32,000 nt of DNA, from assembly GCF_020969955.1 (NCBI RefSeq), contig NZ_JAHDSX010000015.1, positions 1 through 32,000 of the forward strand, read 5' to 3'. The notes under the pieces were generated by a model that was not told the DNA's origin, did not search any database, and saw only the letters and a list, made by a program, of their open reading frames with translations. The stretch is from Allobaculum fili. Its GTDB lineage: Bacteria; Bacillota_I; Bacilli_A; Erysipelotrichales; Erysipelotrichaceae. Both the position numbers and the translations under genes were made by a program. Below, one piece after another: positions 18,087 to 26,173 of the stretch; position 1 is the stretch's first letter, and each line of letters opens with the position of its first letter.

Positions 18087-18123
18087 ACGACCGCGATTTC
18101 GGACTGTTCCGGGTCGCGGTCGT
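18087..18123. terminator. Bidirectional intrinsic terminator between the convergent 17502-17984 gene and icd
   Basis: Perfect 10-bp stem acgaccgcga (18087-18096) / tcgcggtcgt (18114-18123), with an A-run upstream and a T-run downstream. Confidence 0.8.
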
Positions 18124-18156
18124 TTTGCGTTCGAATGGGCGTTTAATCTTTTCGTT

Positions 18157-19362
18157 TTAGCCGATGCGGGCTTCGAGACGGCGGCCAATCGCCTGCAGGA
18201 ACTCGGTCGAGTTCAGCTTAGTGGCCGGACGGTCGCAGAGCGCGACCAGATCGCCGGTCATTTCGCCGTCTTCAATCGTCTGCAGCGTCGCTTCTTCGAG
18301 ATCGTCCGCAAAATGAATCAGTTCGGGAATCTCGTCGAATTCCGCGCGTTTGCGCAGCGCACCGCTCCAGGCAAAAATGGTAGCCACCGGGTTGGTGGAC
18401 GTTTCTTCGCCTTTGAGATAGCGATAGTAATGCCGGGTGACGGTACCGTGTGCAGCTTCGTATTCGTAGTTGCCGTCCGGAGAAACCAGAACGGACGTCA
18501 TCATGGCCAGCGAGCCAAACGCGGTGGAAACCATATCGGACATGACATCGCCGTCGTAGTTTTTGCACGCCCAGATAAAGCCGCCTTTCGAGCGGATGAC
18601 ACGGGCAACCGCGTCATCGATCAGCGTGTAAAAATACTCAATTCCAGCCGCTTCAAACCGGGCCCGGTATTCCTGGTCGTACACTTCCTGGAAAATATCC
18701 TTGAAGCGGTGATCGTACTTTTTCGAAATCGTATCCTTTGTGGAAAACCAGAGATCCTGTCTGGCGGACAGCGCAAATTCAAAGCAGCTGCGCGCGAAGG
18801 AATAAATGGAAGAATCCTTGTTGAACTGACCCTGCAAAACGCCCAGGCCTTCAAAACGGGCAATTTCTTCTTCGATTTCAATGCCGGAATCGCCGGTAAA
18901 GACAAGACGGGCTACGCCGGGTTCTTCTACGCGGATTTCCGAAGCCCGGTACACGTCGCCAAAAGCGTGACGGGCAATCGTGATCGGCTTTTCCCAGGTG
19001 CGAACAGCCGGCTTAATGGAGCTGACCATGATCGGCGTACGGAAGACGGTTCCATCCAGAATGGCACGGATCGTACCGTTCGGCGATTTCCACATTTCGG
19101 AAAGGCCGTATTCTTCAACCCTCTGCTTATTGGGGGTAATGGTCGCACACTTGACGCTGACGCCGTATTTTTTGTTAGCCAGCGCTGCATCGATGGTGAC
19201 CTGATCCTTCGTCGCTTCCCGGTTGACCAGGGAAAGGTCGTAGTACTCGCTCTTCAGATCCACGTACGGAAGAATCAGGATCTCCTTAATCTGAGACCAC
19301 AGTACGCGGGTCATTTCATCGCCGTCCATTTCGACCAGCGGTATTTTCATCTGAATTTTCAT
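18157..19362 (-). CDS. icd: NADP-dependent isocitrate dehydrogenase (homodimeric, eukaryote-like ~400-aa type)
   Basis: 401 aa. GTVTRHYYRYLKGEETSTNPVATIFAWSGAL closely mirrors the IDH1/2 motif. N-terminus KIPLVEMDGDEMTRVLW. SD GAGGAAAA. Confidence 0.94.
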   Translation of the reverse strand: MKIQMKIPLVEMDGDEMTRVLWSQIKEILILPYVDLKSEYYDLSLVNREATKDQVTIDAALANKKYGVSVKCATITPNKQRVEEYGLSEMWKSPNGTIRAILDGTVFRTPIMVSSIKPAVRTWEKPITIARHAFGDVYRASEIRVEEPGVARLVFTGDSGIEIEEEIARFEGLGVLQGQFNKDSSIYSFARSCFEFALSARQDLWFSTKDTISKKYDHRFKDIFQEVYDQEYRARFEAAGIEYFYTLIDDAVARVIRSKGGFIWACKNYDGDVMSDMVSTAFGSLAMMTSVLVSPDGNYEYEAAHGTVTRHYYRYLKGEETSTNPVATIFAWSGALRKRAEFDEIPELIHFADDLEEATLQTIEDGEMTGDLVALCDRPATKLNSTEFLQAIGRRLEARIG

Positions 19363-19384
19363 AAATTTTCCTCACAACGCATTT

Positions 19385-19413
19385 ATTCTAATCAGAGTGA
19401 AAATGGTTTTCAA
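19385..19413 (-). promoter_or_regulatory. SigA-type promoter of icd
   Basis: Minus strand TTGAAA (19408-19413), 17-nt spacer, TAGAAT (19385-19390). It ends 22 nt upstream of the icd ATG. Confidence 0.6.
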
Positions 19414-19487
19414 ACCTGCCGGGGCCGGTTCCATTGTTTCGACTGGCTTTCCATGGGTTTTGAGTACTCTTTTCCAAAATACAAAAA

Positions 19488-19506
19488 GCGGGCCGTTCTG
19501 GTCCGC
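19488..19506 (-). terminator. Weak terminator-like hairpin after the 54-aa ORF
   Basis: Minus RNA GCGGACC-AGAAC-GGCCCGC with one A-C mismatch, followed by UUUUUGUAUUUU. Confidence 0.35.
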
Positions 19507-19550
19507 CTTTCTTTTCCTGAGATTAAACGTCTGTTTTCGGACTGGATCGC

Positions 19551-19715
19551 CTACGCAAAGAGAATGCCAAGCGTGATGGCGAAGAGCGCAAAGCTGATAA
19601 TGGCTGCGATCATCCATCCGGTTTTTACCTTTTTCAAAGAAGCGACTTCTTCTTTGAGAAGTTCGATTTCATTTCGTTCCAGATCCTTTTCCATTTTGGT
19701 TTTCGGCTCGGCCAT
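19551..19715 (-). CDS. Small tail-anchored coiled-coil protein (54 aa), hypothetical
   Basis: ATG 19715 preceded by GGGGAGAG. The N-terminal charged heptad-like segment (KMEKDLERNEIELLKEEVASLKK) is followed by a single C-terminal TM helix (WMIAAIISFALFAITLGILFA). Confidence 0.45.
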   Translation of the reverse strand: MAEPKTKMEKDLERNEIELLKEEVASLKKVKTGWMIAAIISFALFAITLGILFA

Positions 19716-19925
19716 ATACTCTCCCCGCTTTCCGTTTTTTCGTTCTGTATGCATTCCAGCAGATCTTCGATTGGAAGGTCCGCAGGACGGATTGGAAAGA
19801 TCCTTTTTGCAAACTTGTCTTCGCTCATTTTACCATGATTCGGGGGCGCCCTTACGGACACGATCGAAAGTCTGCCCGGCAATGCCTTCCTGATCTCCCC
19901 GCTGCGCGTTTCCGCCCACAGGAAA

Positions 19926-19945
19926 AGACGGTCCGAAGACCGTCT
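19926..19945. terminator. Bidirectional terminator hairpin after the 91-aa ORF
   Basis: Perfect 8-bp stem agacggtc / gaccgtct with a cgaa tetraloop, flanked by AAAA and CTTTTCTT. Confidence 0.7.
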
Positions 19946-19971
19946 CTTTTCTTGTGGGAGCAGTGAGATCG

Positions 19972-20247
19972 CTATTCCTGCGCTTCCTCTTCCTCTTCGG
20001 ATTCTTCTGAAGCAGAAGAAGGTTTGTGCAGGGTAAGAATATACGTTCCGTCTGCGGGGAGTTCTTCATCTTCCTTGGGCTCGCCGATAATCTCGAGCTC
20101 ACAGGGATATCCCATGGATTCAAGGGTATCGAGAAGCCCCTGTTTGCCAAGCTGTTTGGTAATGCGGTAGCCACAGGCACAGTTTCCATACTGTTCCAGG
20201 CAGGAAATGATCCAGGCTGGGATCTTGCTTGAACTTGAAGTGGACAT
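19972..20247 (-). CDS. Hypothetical small protein (91 aa), Cys-containing with a poly-acidic C-terminus
   Basis: ATG 20247 with a perfect GGAGG SD 7 nt upstream. Four Cys residues (CLEQYGNCACG...PC). C-terminus SSASEESEEEEEAQE. The ORF-track 5' extension to 20337 has no support. Confidence 0.6.
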   Translation of the reverse strand: MSTSSSSKIPAWIISCLEQYGNCACGYRITKQLGKQGLLDTLESMGYPCELEIIGEPKEDEELPADGTYILTLHKPSSASEESEEEEEAQE

Positions 20248-20374
20248 GATCTGACCTCCTGTTAATTTGTGTTCGGACTTGCGTGTCGTGTTAAGTGTAC
20301 CCCACATTGAAGAAAAACCGGACAGAAAGAAACGCAATTCTGTCCGGCACTGGGGATTTCAGAATGAGAAAATA

Positions 20375-22381
20375 TTACTTCTCGAGAATCTCGATCAGTT
20401 TTGGATAGTAGTCGTAACGGCCGTCAATGACGCGGAGCGCATCGCGGACGATGCCTTTGGCTCTCTGCAGATCGAAGGATTCGTAAACGCTGGCGAAGCG
20501 GTAGTAAATCTGATCCTTGAGCTGGTTCTCACGCAGAACGTAAGAGTAGCCGTCGTTTCCTCTGGCGTAGTCGCCGTGCTTGATGTACAGGTCGGCGATA
20601 TCCATGAGGGCGCGGTTCTGCCAGGACGCCAGGTCTTCAAACTGAGCCATGACGCCATAGAGGAAGCCTTCGTAGTACTTCACATCGTTGTACTGCCAGC
20701 CGGCCAGGATCGTGTAGGCAACGGTCATGAAGCGGTCGAGCAGGCCGTGAAGATCCGCCGGGATAATGGTTTCCATTTCTTCGAGGGATTCGATGCCGTT
20801 CTGCTGGGCATAGACGAGAACCTGACGTACATCATCGAACAGATCCTTGTAAATGGCGGAGTCGTTGATGCCTTCGTTGATCAGCATGCGATCGACATCC
20901 TTCGCGATCTTTTCAGCAAGCTTGCGGTTGTCTTCGGCTTTATTCGGAATACGGGCAGTCAGACGGTCGCAGAGGTATTCGATCACGTTTTTCGAGAATC
21001 CGTCGACTTCGAATACGTATTTCTTTTCGGTCTTGTCGGCGAGTTTTTCGTACGCGTCTACGGCTTCTTCAATGCTCTTGGCACGGGTGAGTTCGCCAAG
21101 CAGCGTATCGAGATCCATATCGACGCCTACAGCGGACATCATATCCATGAGCGTATTGTCATCGAGCGTATCGTAGAACGCTTTTTCTTCCGCGCTCATA
21201 TGTGTGATAGCGGCTTTGGCAGCGCCTTTGGCCGGGCGCACTTTGGAAGCGAGCACTTTACGGCTGGCCATAGCGGCTTCTTCACAGCGTTTGGCGGCAG
21301 TTTCCGGATCCATGTTGGATACAATTTCCGGAATCAGCTTGTTAATGGCTTCCGCAGCGGCTTCCTTGTCGGTTTTTTCGACTTTCTTAGCAGCTTTGCG
21401 TGCCGGTTTCTTAAAGGTTTTCCTGGCTTCGGCAGAATCCTTGGCGCTGCGGGCAGCGAGGTTTACCTGACCGAACGTATGGGCAGCCGCTTTGGCCGCG
21501 AGCACTTTACGGCTTGCGTCTTCTGCGCGGACTGGAGTTTCTTCTGCGGTGAGTTTCGCGACGCCTTCCATGACTTCCACGCCGGCTTTTACTTCGGCGC
21601 CTGTGGCGTTCAGACCGGCTTCGATCTGCGCTTTCGTCTGATCGCTCTGACTTTCTTCATACGCTTCTACGACAGCGGCAGATGCTTTGGCAGCTTTCTT
21701 TGTCGTTTTCTTAGCGGGGGCTTTCTTTTCAGCAGCCTTTTTTGCGGGGGCTTTTTTTGTTTTTGGAGCAGCTTTCTTCTCGGCCAGGGCGTCAATGCCT
21801 TCCATGATTTTTACACCGTCTGCGGCTTCATCAGCAATAACGGTTTCCGCAGCGACTTTTTTGGCTTCCGCTGCGATGCCTTCCATAACTTCCACGCCGG
21901 CCTTGGTTTCTTCAGCGAGAACTTTTTTGGCAGCATTCACTTCGGCAACGGTCTGATCGCTTGCGGCAACAGCTTTTTCTGCCACCTTTTCCTGCTGTTT
22001 GTCTACGATGGCATCTACAGCCTTTTCGTAGGCAACGCCGCCTGCGGTTTCGGCCTTGAGCATATCAATGTTCGCATTGATTTCTGCCTGGGTCTGATCG
22101 CTGTTTTCCACGAGAGCCGGTTTTGCGGCTTTCTTGGCAGCCGTCTTTTTCGCGGCTGGTTTTGCCTTTTCAGCAGCAGCTTTCTTCGCTGGCGCTTTTG
22201 CGGCTTTTACAGGTTTTTTATCGGAATCTGCGGCTTCCTTGGCAGATGCTTTTGCGGGAGCTTTTCTGGAAGCTGCCGGTTTTGCGGGGGTGCTTTTCTT
22301 CGAAGCGGCACTCGCTTTTGCGGCAGGCTCTGGTTTTACAATTTCTTCAGTGCTGTTCGCAGCTGTATCTTTTTTGGACAT
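20375..22381 (-). CDS. Hypothetical 668-aa protein: Lys/Ala/Pro-rich histone-H1-like N-terminal half with internal repeats, plus an uncharacterised alpha-helical C-terminal domain
   Basis: ATG 22381 with a GGAGG SD 6 nt upstream. The first ~395 residues are dominated by KKAA/KPAA/AKKA tracts. The C-terminal ~270 aa have ordinary composition (…YYEGFLYGVMAQFEDLASWQNRALMDIADLYIKHGDY…). Confidence 0.8.
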   Translation of the reverse strand: MSKKDTAANSTEEIVKPEPAAKASAASKKSTPAKPAASRKAPAKASAKEAADSDKKPVKAAKAPAKKAAAEKAKPAAKKTAAKKAAKPALVENSDQTQAEINANIDMLKAETAGGVAYEKAVDAIVDKQQEKVAEKAVAASDQTVAEVNAAKKVLAEETKAGVEVMEGIAAEAKKVAAETVIADEAADGVKIMEGIDALAEKKAAPKTKKAPAKKAAEKKAPAKKTTKKAAKASAAVVEAYEESQSDQTKAQIEAGLNATGAEVKAGVEVMEGVAKLTAEETPVRAEDASRKVLAAKAAAHTFGQVNLAARSAKDSAEARKTFKKPARKAAKKVEKTDKEAAAEAINKLIPEIVSNMDPETAAKRCEEAAMASRKVLASKVRPAKGAAKAAITHMSAEEKAFYDTLDDNTLMDMMSAVGVDMDLDTLLGELTRAKSIEEAVDAYEKLADKTEKKYVFEVDGFSKNVIEYLCDRLTARIPNKAEDNRKLAEKIAKDVDRMLINEGINDSAIYKDLFDDVRQVLVYAQQNGIESLEEMETIIPADLHGLLDRFMTVAYTILAGWQYNDVKYYEGFLYGVMAQFEDLASWQNRALMDIADLYIKHGDYARGNDGYSYVLRENQLKDQIYYRFASVYESFDLQRAKGIVRDALRVIDGRYDYYPKLIEILEK
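21563..22102 (-). repeat. Intragenic repeat modules in the 668-aa protein
   Basis: SDQT[QVK]A[EQ][IV][NE]A begins at codons starting 22102, 21961 and 21646. (K)AGVEVMEG occurs at 21901-21878 and 21586-21563, and DGVKIMEG at 21820-21797. At the DNA level gccttccat-N-acttccacgccggc recurs. Confidence 0.75.
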
Positions 22382-22411
22382 ACGTAGCCTCCAATCCATT
22401 CTTTCCTTATT

Positions 22412-22420
22412 AGTATATCA
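22412..22420 (-). promoter_or_regulatory. Candidate extended -10 promoter of the 668-aa protein gene
   Basis: Minus strand TGATATACT (TGn + TATACT), ~30 nt upstream of the ATG. There is no good -35. Confidence 0.45.
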
Positions 22421-22738
22421 TTCTCGCCATTTTTGCACTCTCACATGAACAAATCGCAAAAGCGCGAAACGCCTTTCTTTATCGGCCGGATCGCCCGTCC
22501 GTACCGCTGCAAACTCCCGTTTTCACAAACCGCTTCTGGGGTTTTGCGCACCGGGGGACTTGCAGTATGTTTTTACAGGCGTGATGCGAAAAGCATACAG
22601 AACGTCATTGTACCGTGAAAGATTATTTTTTCCTACAAAATGGTTCAAGGGCATCTTTAAGCTTGCTTTAAAACAGAGCGATATACTGAAACCATCAAAG
22701 ATAACCAAGGAAAAAATTCATATCGAAAGGAGTTTAGT

Positions 22739-23893
22739 ATGGCAAATAACACACCCCCAAGAGTACCGAACAGAAAGTCTTCCAACCGTAAGATTTACAC
22801 CAGTGTAGCGGTCATCGGCCTTTGCACGGTTCTTCTTTCCGGCGCGGCAGGCTTTGCGGGTTCCTATTTTGGAAATGCGGCAAGCCAGCCTTCGCAGCCG
22901 GCTTATAAAACTTCGGACAATACCGCAAATTCGTCCTCGAACGGTTCAACCTCGACAGCCGGCTACACCGTAACCGATGTATCGGATGTTGTGGCCAGGC
23001 TCCGTCCTTCCGTTGTGGAAATTACGACGGAATCGGTAAGCTCCGGCAACTCCATCTTCGGCCAGTACACCGCGCAGGGCGCCGGATCGGGCGTTATCCT
23101 GAGCGAAGACGGCTACATCGTTACCAACAACCACGTTGTGGAAGATGCGGATACGATTACCGTTAAGACCTTTGACGGCAAGGAATACCCGGCTACCCTT
23201 TGCGGCACCGACCCGCAGACGGATATCGCCGTCATCAAAATCGATGCGCAGGGCCTTTCGGCAGCCACCATCGGCAATTCCGATGACATTAAAGTCGGCG
23301 AAGCGACAATCGCGATCGGCAATCCGCTCGGCTCGCTGGGCGGCACTGTTACAACCGGCATCATTTCCGCAGTCGGCCGTGAAATCACGATTGAAAACGA
23401 AACGATGACGCTGCTCCAGACCGACGCAGCCATCAACCCGGGCAACTCGGGCGGCGGTCTGTTCGATGCCAACGGCAATCTGATCGGCATTGTCAACGCC
23501 AAGCAGTCCGATACCGGTATTGAAGGTCTTGGCTTCGCCATTCCAATCAGCGATGTCACCAACGTCATTGACGATCTCATCAGCAACGGTAAAGTCACTT
23601 CCCGTCCAGTTCTGAATGTCAGCCTGCAGGACATCACCGACAGCTACTTCAACTACAACTCGCTTGATCCAGGCGTATACGTTGTACAGATCGTTCCGGG
23701 CGGAACCGCAGATGCCGGCGGCGTGAAATACGGCGACAAGATTATCTCGTTTGACGGCGAAGAAATTTCTTCTTCCTCGGATGTACGCAACATCCTCAAA
23801 CGCCATAAAATCGGCGATGAAGTTGAAATTGTCGTTGAACGCGACGGCCAGCAGCAGACGCTGAAGCTCACGCTCCAGGGCCCCGCAGACTAA
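22739..23893 (+). CDS. htrA: HtrA/DegP-family serine protease (S1C) with N-terminal membrane anchor and C-terminal PDZ
   Basis: 384 aa. Catalytic triad contexts TNNHVV, DIAVIKI, GNSGGGLFD. TM helix IYTSVAVIGLCTVLLSGAAGFAG. PDZ-like region GVYVVQIVPGGTADAGGVKYGDKIISFDG. SD AAAGGAG. Confidence 0.93.
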   Translation: MANNTPPRVPNRKSSNRKIYTSVAVIGLCTVLLSGAAGFAGSYFGNAASQPSQPAYKTSDNTANSSSNGSTSTAGYTVTDVSDVVARLRPSVVEITTESVSSGNSIFGQYTAQGAGSGVILSEDGYIVTNNHVVEDADTITVKTFDGKEYPATLCGTDPQTDIAVIKIDAQGLSAATIGNSDDIKVGEATIAIGNPLGSLGGTVTTGIISAVGREITIENETMTLLQTDAAINPGNSGGGLFDANGNLIGIVNAKQSDTGIEGLGFAIPISDVTNVIDDLISNGKVTSRPVLNVSLQDITDSYFNYNSLDPGVYVVQIVPGGTADAGGVKYGDKIISFDGEEISSSSDVRNILKRHKIGDEVEIVVERDGQQQTLKLTLQGPAD

Positions 23894-23932
23894 CCCTTCC
23901 CTTTACATAAACCCTGCTGTTCATCCCTTCCT

Positions 23933-23970
23933 GCCATTGGCGGCTATGCGCTGCCAATGGCTTTTTTCTT
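23933..23970 (+). terminator. Intrinsic terminator after htrA
   Basis: Perfect 9-bp stem gccattggc (23933-23941) / gccaatggc (23952-23960) followed by TTTTTTCTTT. Confidence 0.8.
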
Positions 23971-24145
23971 TGACCCGCTTTGATCGGTTCTGAATGCATT
24001 TGACCTGCAGCAGCCTTCCTTCCCGAATCTCCTCAATTGTCTTTGTTCGGACAATTCCTTTTTCGACCTGTGCAGAAATTTTATCGGGAAGTGTTGTTTT
24101 TTACTCACTGGGCAAGCGTTTATCATTTCCCGGAAATCCACTGAA

Positions 24146-24163
24146 TTGTGAATTATTTCACGT
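24146..24163. promoter_or_regulatory. Candidate Rex (redox repressor) operator upstream of ldh
   Basis: TTGTGAA-TTAT-TTCACGT against the Bacillota Rex consensus TTGTGAA-N4-TTCACAA (16 of 18 positions). It starts 101 nt upstream of the ldh ATG. Confidence 0.45.
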
Positions 24164-24212
24164 TTCGTGTCGTTTAGGCGGGCACTTGGACGATCAGAAG
24201 TTTGTCCGGACT

Positions 24213-24218
24213 TATAAT
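24213..24218 (+). promoter_or_regulatory. Candidate -10 hexamer of ldh
   Basis: Perfect TATAAT ending 28 nt upstream of the ATG. There is no convincing -35 at 16-18 nt. Confidence 0.35.
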
Positions 24219-24246
24219 GGAGTCAGTAATTAAGGGAGGTTAACTC

Positions 24247-25221
24247 ATGGCAGACAATCTGATTTCAAAACGAAGAATTATGCTGGTCGGAACCGGCTTT
24301 GTCGGAATGTCCTTCGCCTATTCCATGCTTCATGAAAAAGGAATCGACGAAATGGTTCTGGTGGACGTGAATGCGGACAAGGCGAAAGGCGAAGCCATGG
24401 ACCTGACCGACGGTCTGGTTTATGCCGACACAAAAATGAAAGTCTACTCCGGCTCCTACGCGGATGCGGAATACTGCAACGTGGTCGTTCTGACCGCCGG
24501 CGCAGCGCAGCGTCCGGGACAGTCCCGTCTGGAACTGGTAAAAATTAATGCGCAGATCACCAAAGGGGTTTGCGAAGAACTGAAGAAAAACAAATTCAAC
24601 GGCATTCTGCTCGTTGCCAACAACCCGGTCGACATCATGACGTACGTCGCCTGGAAAGCGTCCGGGCTGCCGAAGGAACACGTCATTGGTTCCGGTACCG
24701 TTCTCGATACCGCGCGCCTGCGAGTAGAACTCGGCGATGAACTGGGCTTTGCGCCATCCAATATTCACGCCTACATTCTGGGCGAACACGGCGACTCGTC
24801 CTTCATCAGCTGGACCAACAGCTACATCGGATGCAAGTCCCTGCTCGAATACCTCGATGAAAAGAACATTTCTCTCGCCCGTCTGCAGACTATTTATGAA
24901 GACGTCCGCGATAAGGCGTACAAAATCATTGATCTGAAAAAAGCAACGTATTACGGAATCGGCCTGGCTCTGCGCCGAATCGTTACGGCGATCCTCAACA
25001 ACGAGCGCTGCATTCTCCCCGTTTCTTCCTATCAGAACGGCGAATACGGCAAGTCCGGCTACTTCATCGGTACGCCAACCGTCATTGGATCCGACGGAGC
25101 GACGCAGATTCTGACGCTGCCGTTAAACGAAAACGATCAGAATCGCTTCAACAATTCGTTCGATACGCTGGTCAAGACCATTCAGGAAAACCTGGGCGAC
25201 ATCATCGATCTCAACGACTAA
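24247..25221 (+). CDS. ldh: L-lactate dehydrogenase
   Basis: 324 aa. Rossmann motif VGTGFVGMS, VVLTAGAAQRPGQSRLEL, catalytic His in LGEHGDS. GGGAGG SD. Confidence 0.94.
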   Translation: MADNLISKRRIMLVGTGFVGMSFAYSMLHEKGIDEMVLVDVNADKAKGEAMDLTDGLVYADTKMKVYSGSYADAEYCNVVVLTAGAAQRPGQSRLELVKINAQITKGVCEELKKNKFNGILLVANNPVDIMTYVAWKASGLPKEHVIGSGTVLDTARLRVELGDELGFAPSNIHAYILGEHGDSSFISWTNSYIGCKSLLEYLDEKNISLARLQTIYEDVRDKAYKIIDLKKATYYGIGLALRRIVTAILNNERCILPVSSYQNGEYGKSGYFIGTPTVIGSDGATQILTLPLNENDQNRFNNSFDTLVKTIQENLGDIIDLND

Positions 25222-25299
25222 ACGCATGAGCTGAATCCAGCGGTTCATGATTCATTCCCTGTTCCATCCAAATCACAAGTTCACTATCCATAAAGTCAG

Positions 25300-25336
25300 A
25301 CAGGCCGTCTCTTTCGAAAAGAGGCGGCCTGTTTCT
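25300..25336 (+). terminator. Strong hairpin after ldh, also facing the convergent cassette
   Basis: ~14-bp stem acaggccgtctctt / aagaggcggcctgt (one G-U pair) with a short loop. The U-tract is weak (TTTCT). Confidence 0.6.
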
Positions 25337-25373
25337 GCATACAGCGCTATGAATGATTTGGGGATCCCTTCGT

Positions 25374-25637
25374 TCAGTTTTCCTGAATGTACAGCCGGCT
25401 GCTGCGCGGGAATTCCCGGGCAAAGGCTTGCTTGAGAAGTTTCTTATAGCCGTCAGCAGGCAGTTCGATTTCCTGATGAAGATAGCCGTCTTCAACAAGA
25501 AGAAACTGACCGTTTTCTTTTTTCAGGCAGACCGAGCGGTCCTTTTTAAACGTGAGAAGGCGAAGCGAGGAAAGCCGGCTCGATTTGGGAGCGTTCATCC
25601 ATTTCACCTGTGCTTCACGTACGGAAATCATTTTCAT
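25374..25637 (-). CDS. Hypothetical 87-aa protein, weak Phd/YefM-antitoxin-like N-terminus
   Basis: GGGGAAG SD. The ATG overlaps the upstream gene's stop (ATGA, 25634-25637). MKMISVREAQVKW... and ...KKENGQFLLVEDGY... loosely resemble the Phd/YefM pattern. I see no helix-turn-helix (HTH) motif. Confidence 0.5.
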   Translation of the reverse strand: MKMISVREAQVKWMNAPKSSRLSSLRLLTFKKDRSVCLKKENGQFLLVEDGYLHQEIELPADGYKKLLKQAFAREFPRSSRLYIQEN

Positions 25638-25984
25638 GCCGCTTCCCCTTTCAAAAAGGAATCCATCTCCTGCGTGAACTCTTTTTTCAGAAGCGTTCCG
25701 GAAAGATAGAGAACATAAATCGTGGAATCCTTAACGGCAAATGCGGCCCGGCATGCTTTAACGGCGGGATCGTTGATCCGACATTCCAGAACCGGCAGAT
25801 CCTGCCATTTCTTTCTGGAAGCGAGTTTGGCGTGATAAAAGCCGTTTTCACCCTGACGGGAAAGAACATCCGCGATTTTCGAAGTCAGCGCAGGATTTTT
25901 CTGCAGATACTTGCGGCATCCGCGGCTTACAAACGCGATGGTCCAGCCCGGACGTTCTTGTGTCTGGTATAAATCTGTATTCAT
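25634..25984 (-). CDS. Hypothetical 116-aa protein, weak RelE/ParE (HigB/Gp49)-like pattern
   Basis: WTIAFVSRGCRKYLQKN...SKIADVL...LPVLECRI....ACRAAFAVKDSTIYVLYLSGTLLKKEF follows the usual RelE/ParE secondary-structure and consensus spacing. There is no recognisable SD upstream of the only possible ATG. Confidence 0.45.
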   Translation of the reverse strand: MNTDLYQTQERPGWTIAFVSRGCRKYLQKNPALTSKIADVLSRQGENGFYHAKLASRKKWQDLPVLECRINDPAVKACRAAFAVKDSTIYVLYLSGTLLKKEFTQEMDSFLKGEAA

Positions 25985-26076
25985 GATTTCAGACTAGCAC
26001 GCGCGTAAAACGATGTTCTTCTGGGTGCCCTTGTATGATTTTCGTCAGATCCCTTGCCAGATCAAAAGGACCAGAC

Positions 26077-26108
26077 AAAAAGGACAGAGCAAAATTCGCG
26101 TCTGTCCT
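26077..26108 (-). terminator. Intrinsic terminator after the metallophosphoesterase gene
   Basis: Perfect 8-bp stem aggacaga (26081-26088) / tctgtcct (26101-26108). In minus orientation it is followed by UUUUGUCUGGUCCUUUUG. Confidence 0.55.
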
Positions 26109-26173
26109 TGATATGCGGGTATGGAAATAAAATGGGATTTCGATTTGGATTTGGCCAGCTGGCTTTACATGCA

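Noticed and set aside
17941-19893. 650-aa ORF on the plus strand
   Set aside because: It is antisense to icd and runs straight through a bidirectional terminator (18087-18123), the icd promoter and the 54-aa ORF. The composition is not protein-like, whereas the minus-strand IDH match is unambiguous.
22065-22080. Palindrome TCAATGTTCGCATTGA resembling the gltA-promoter half-sites
   Set aside because: It lies inside the coding region of the 668-aa gene, far from any promoter. A single occurrence is most likely coincidental.
20267-22387. 706-aa stop-free ORF on the plus strand
   Set aside because: It is the exact antisense of the K/A-rich gene. The translation is Phe/Gly/Cys/Arg-rich nonsense with no SD. 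The open frame is a by-product of GCN/AAR codon periodicity on the sense strand.
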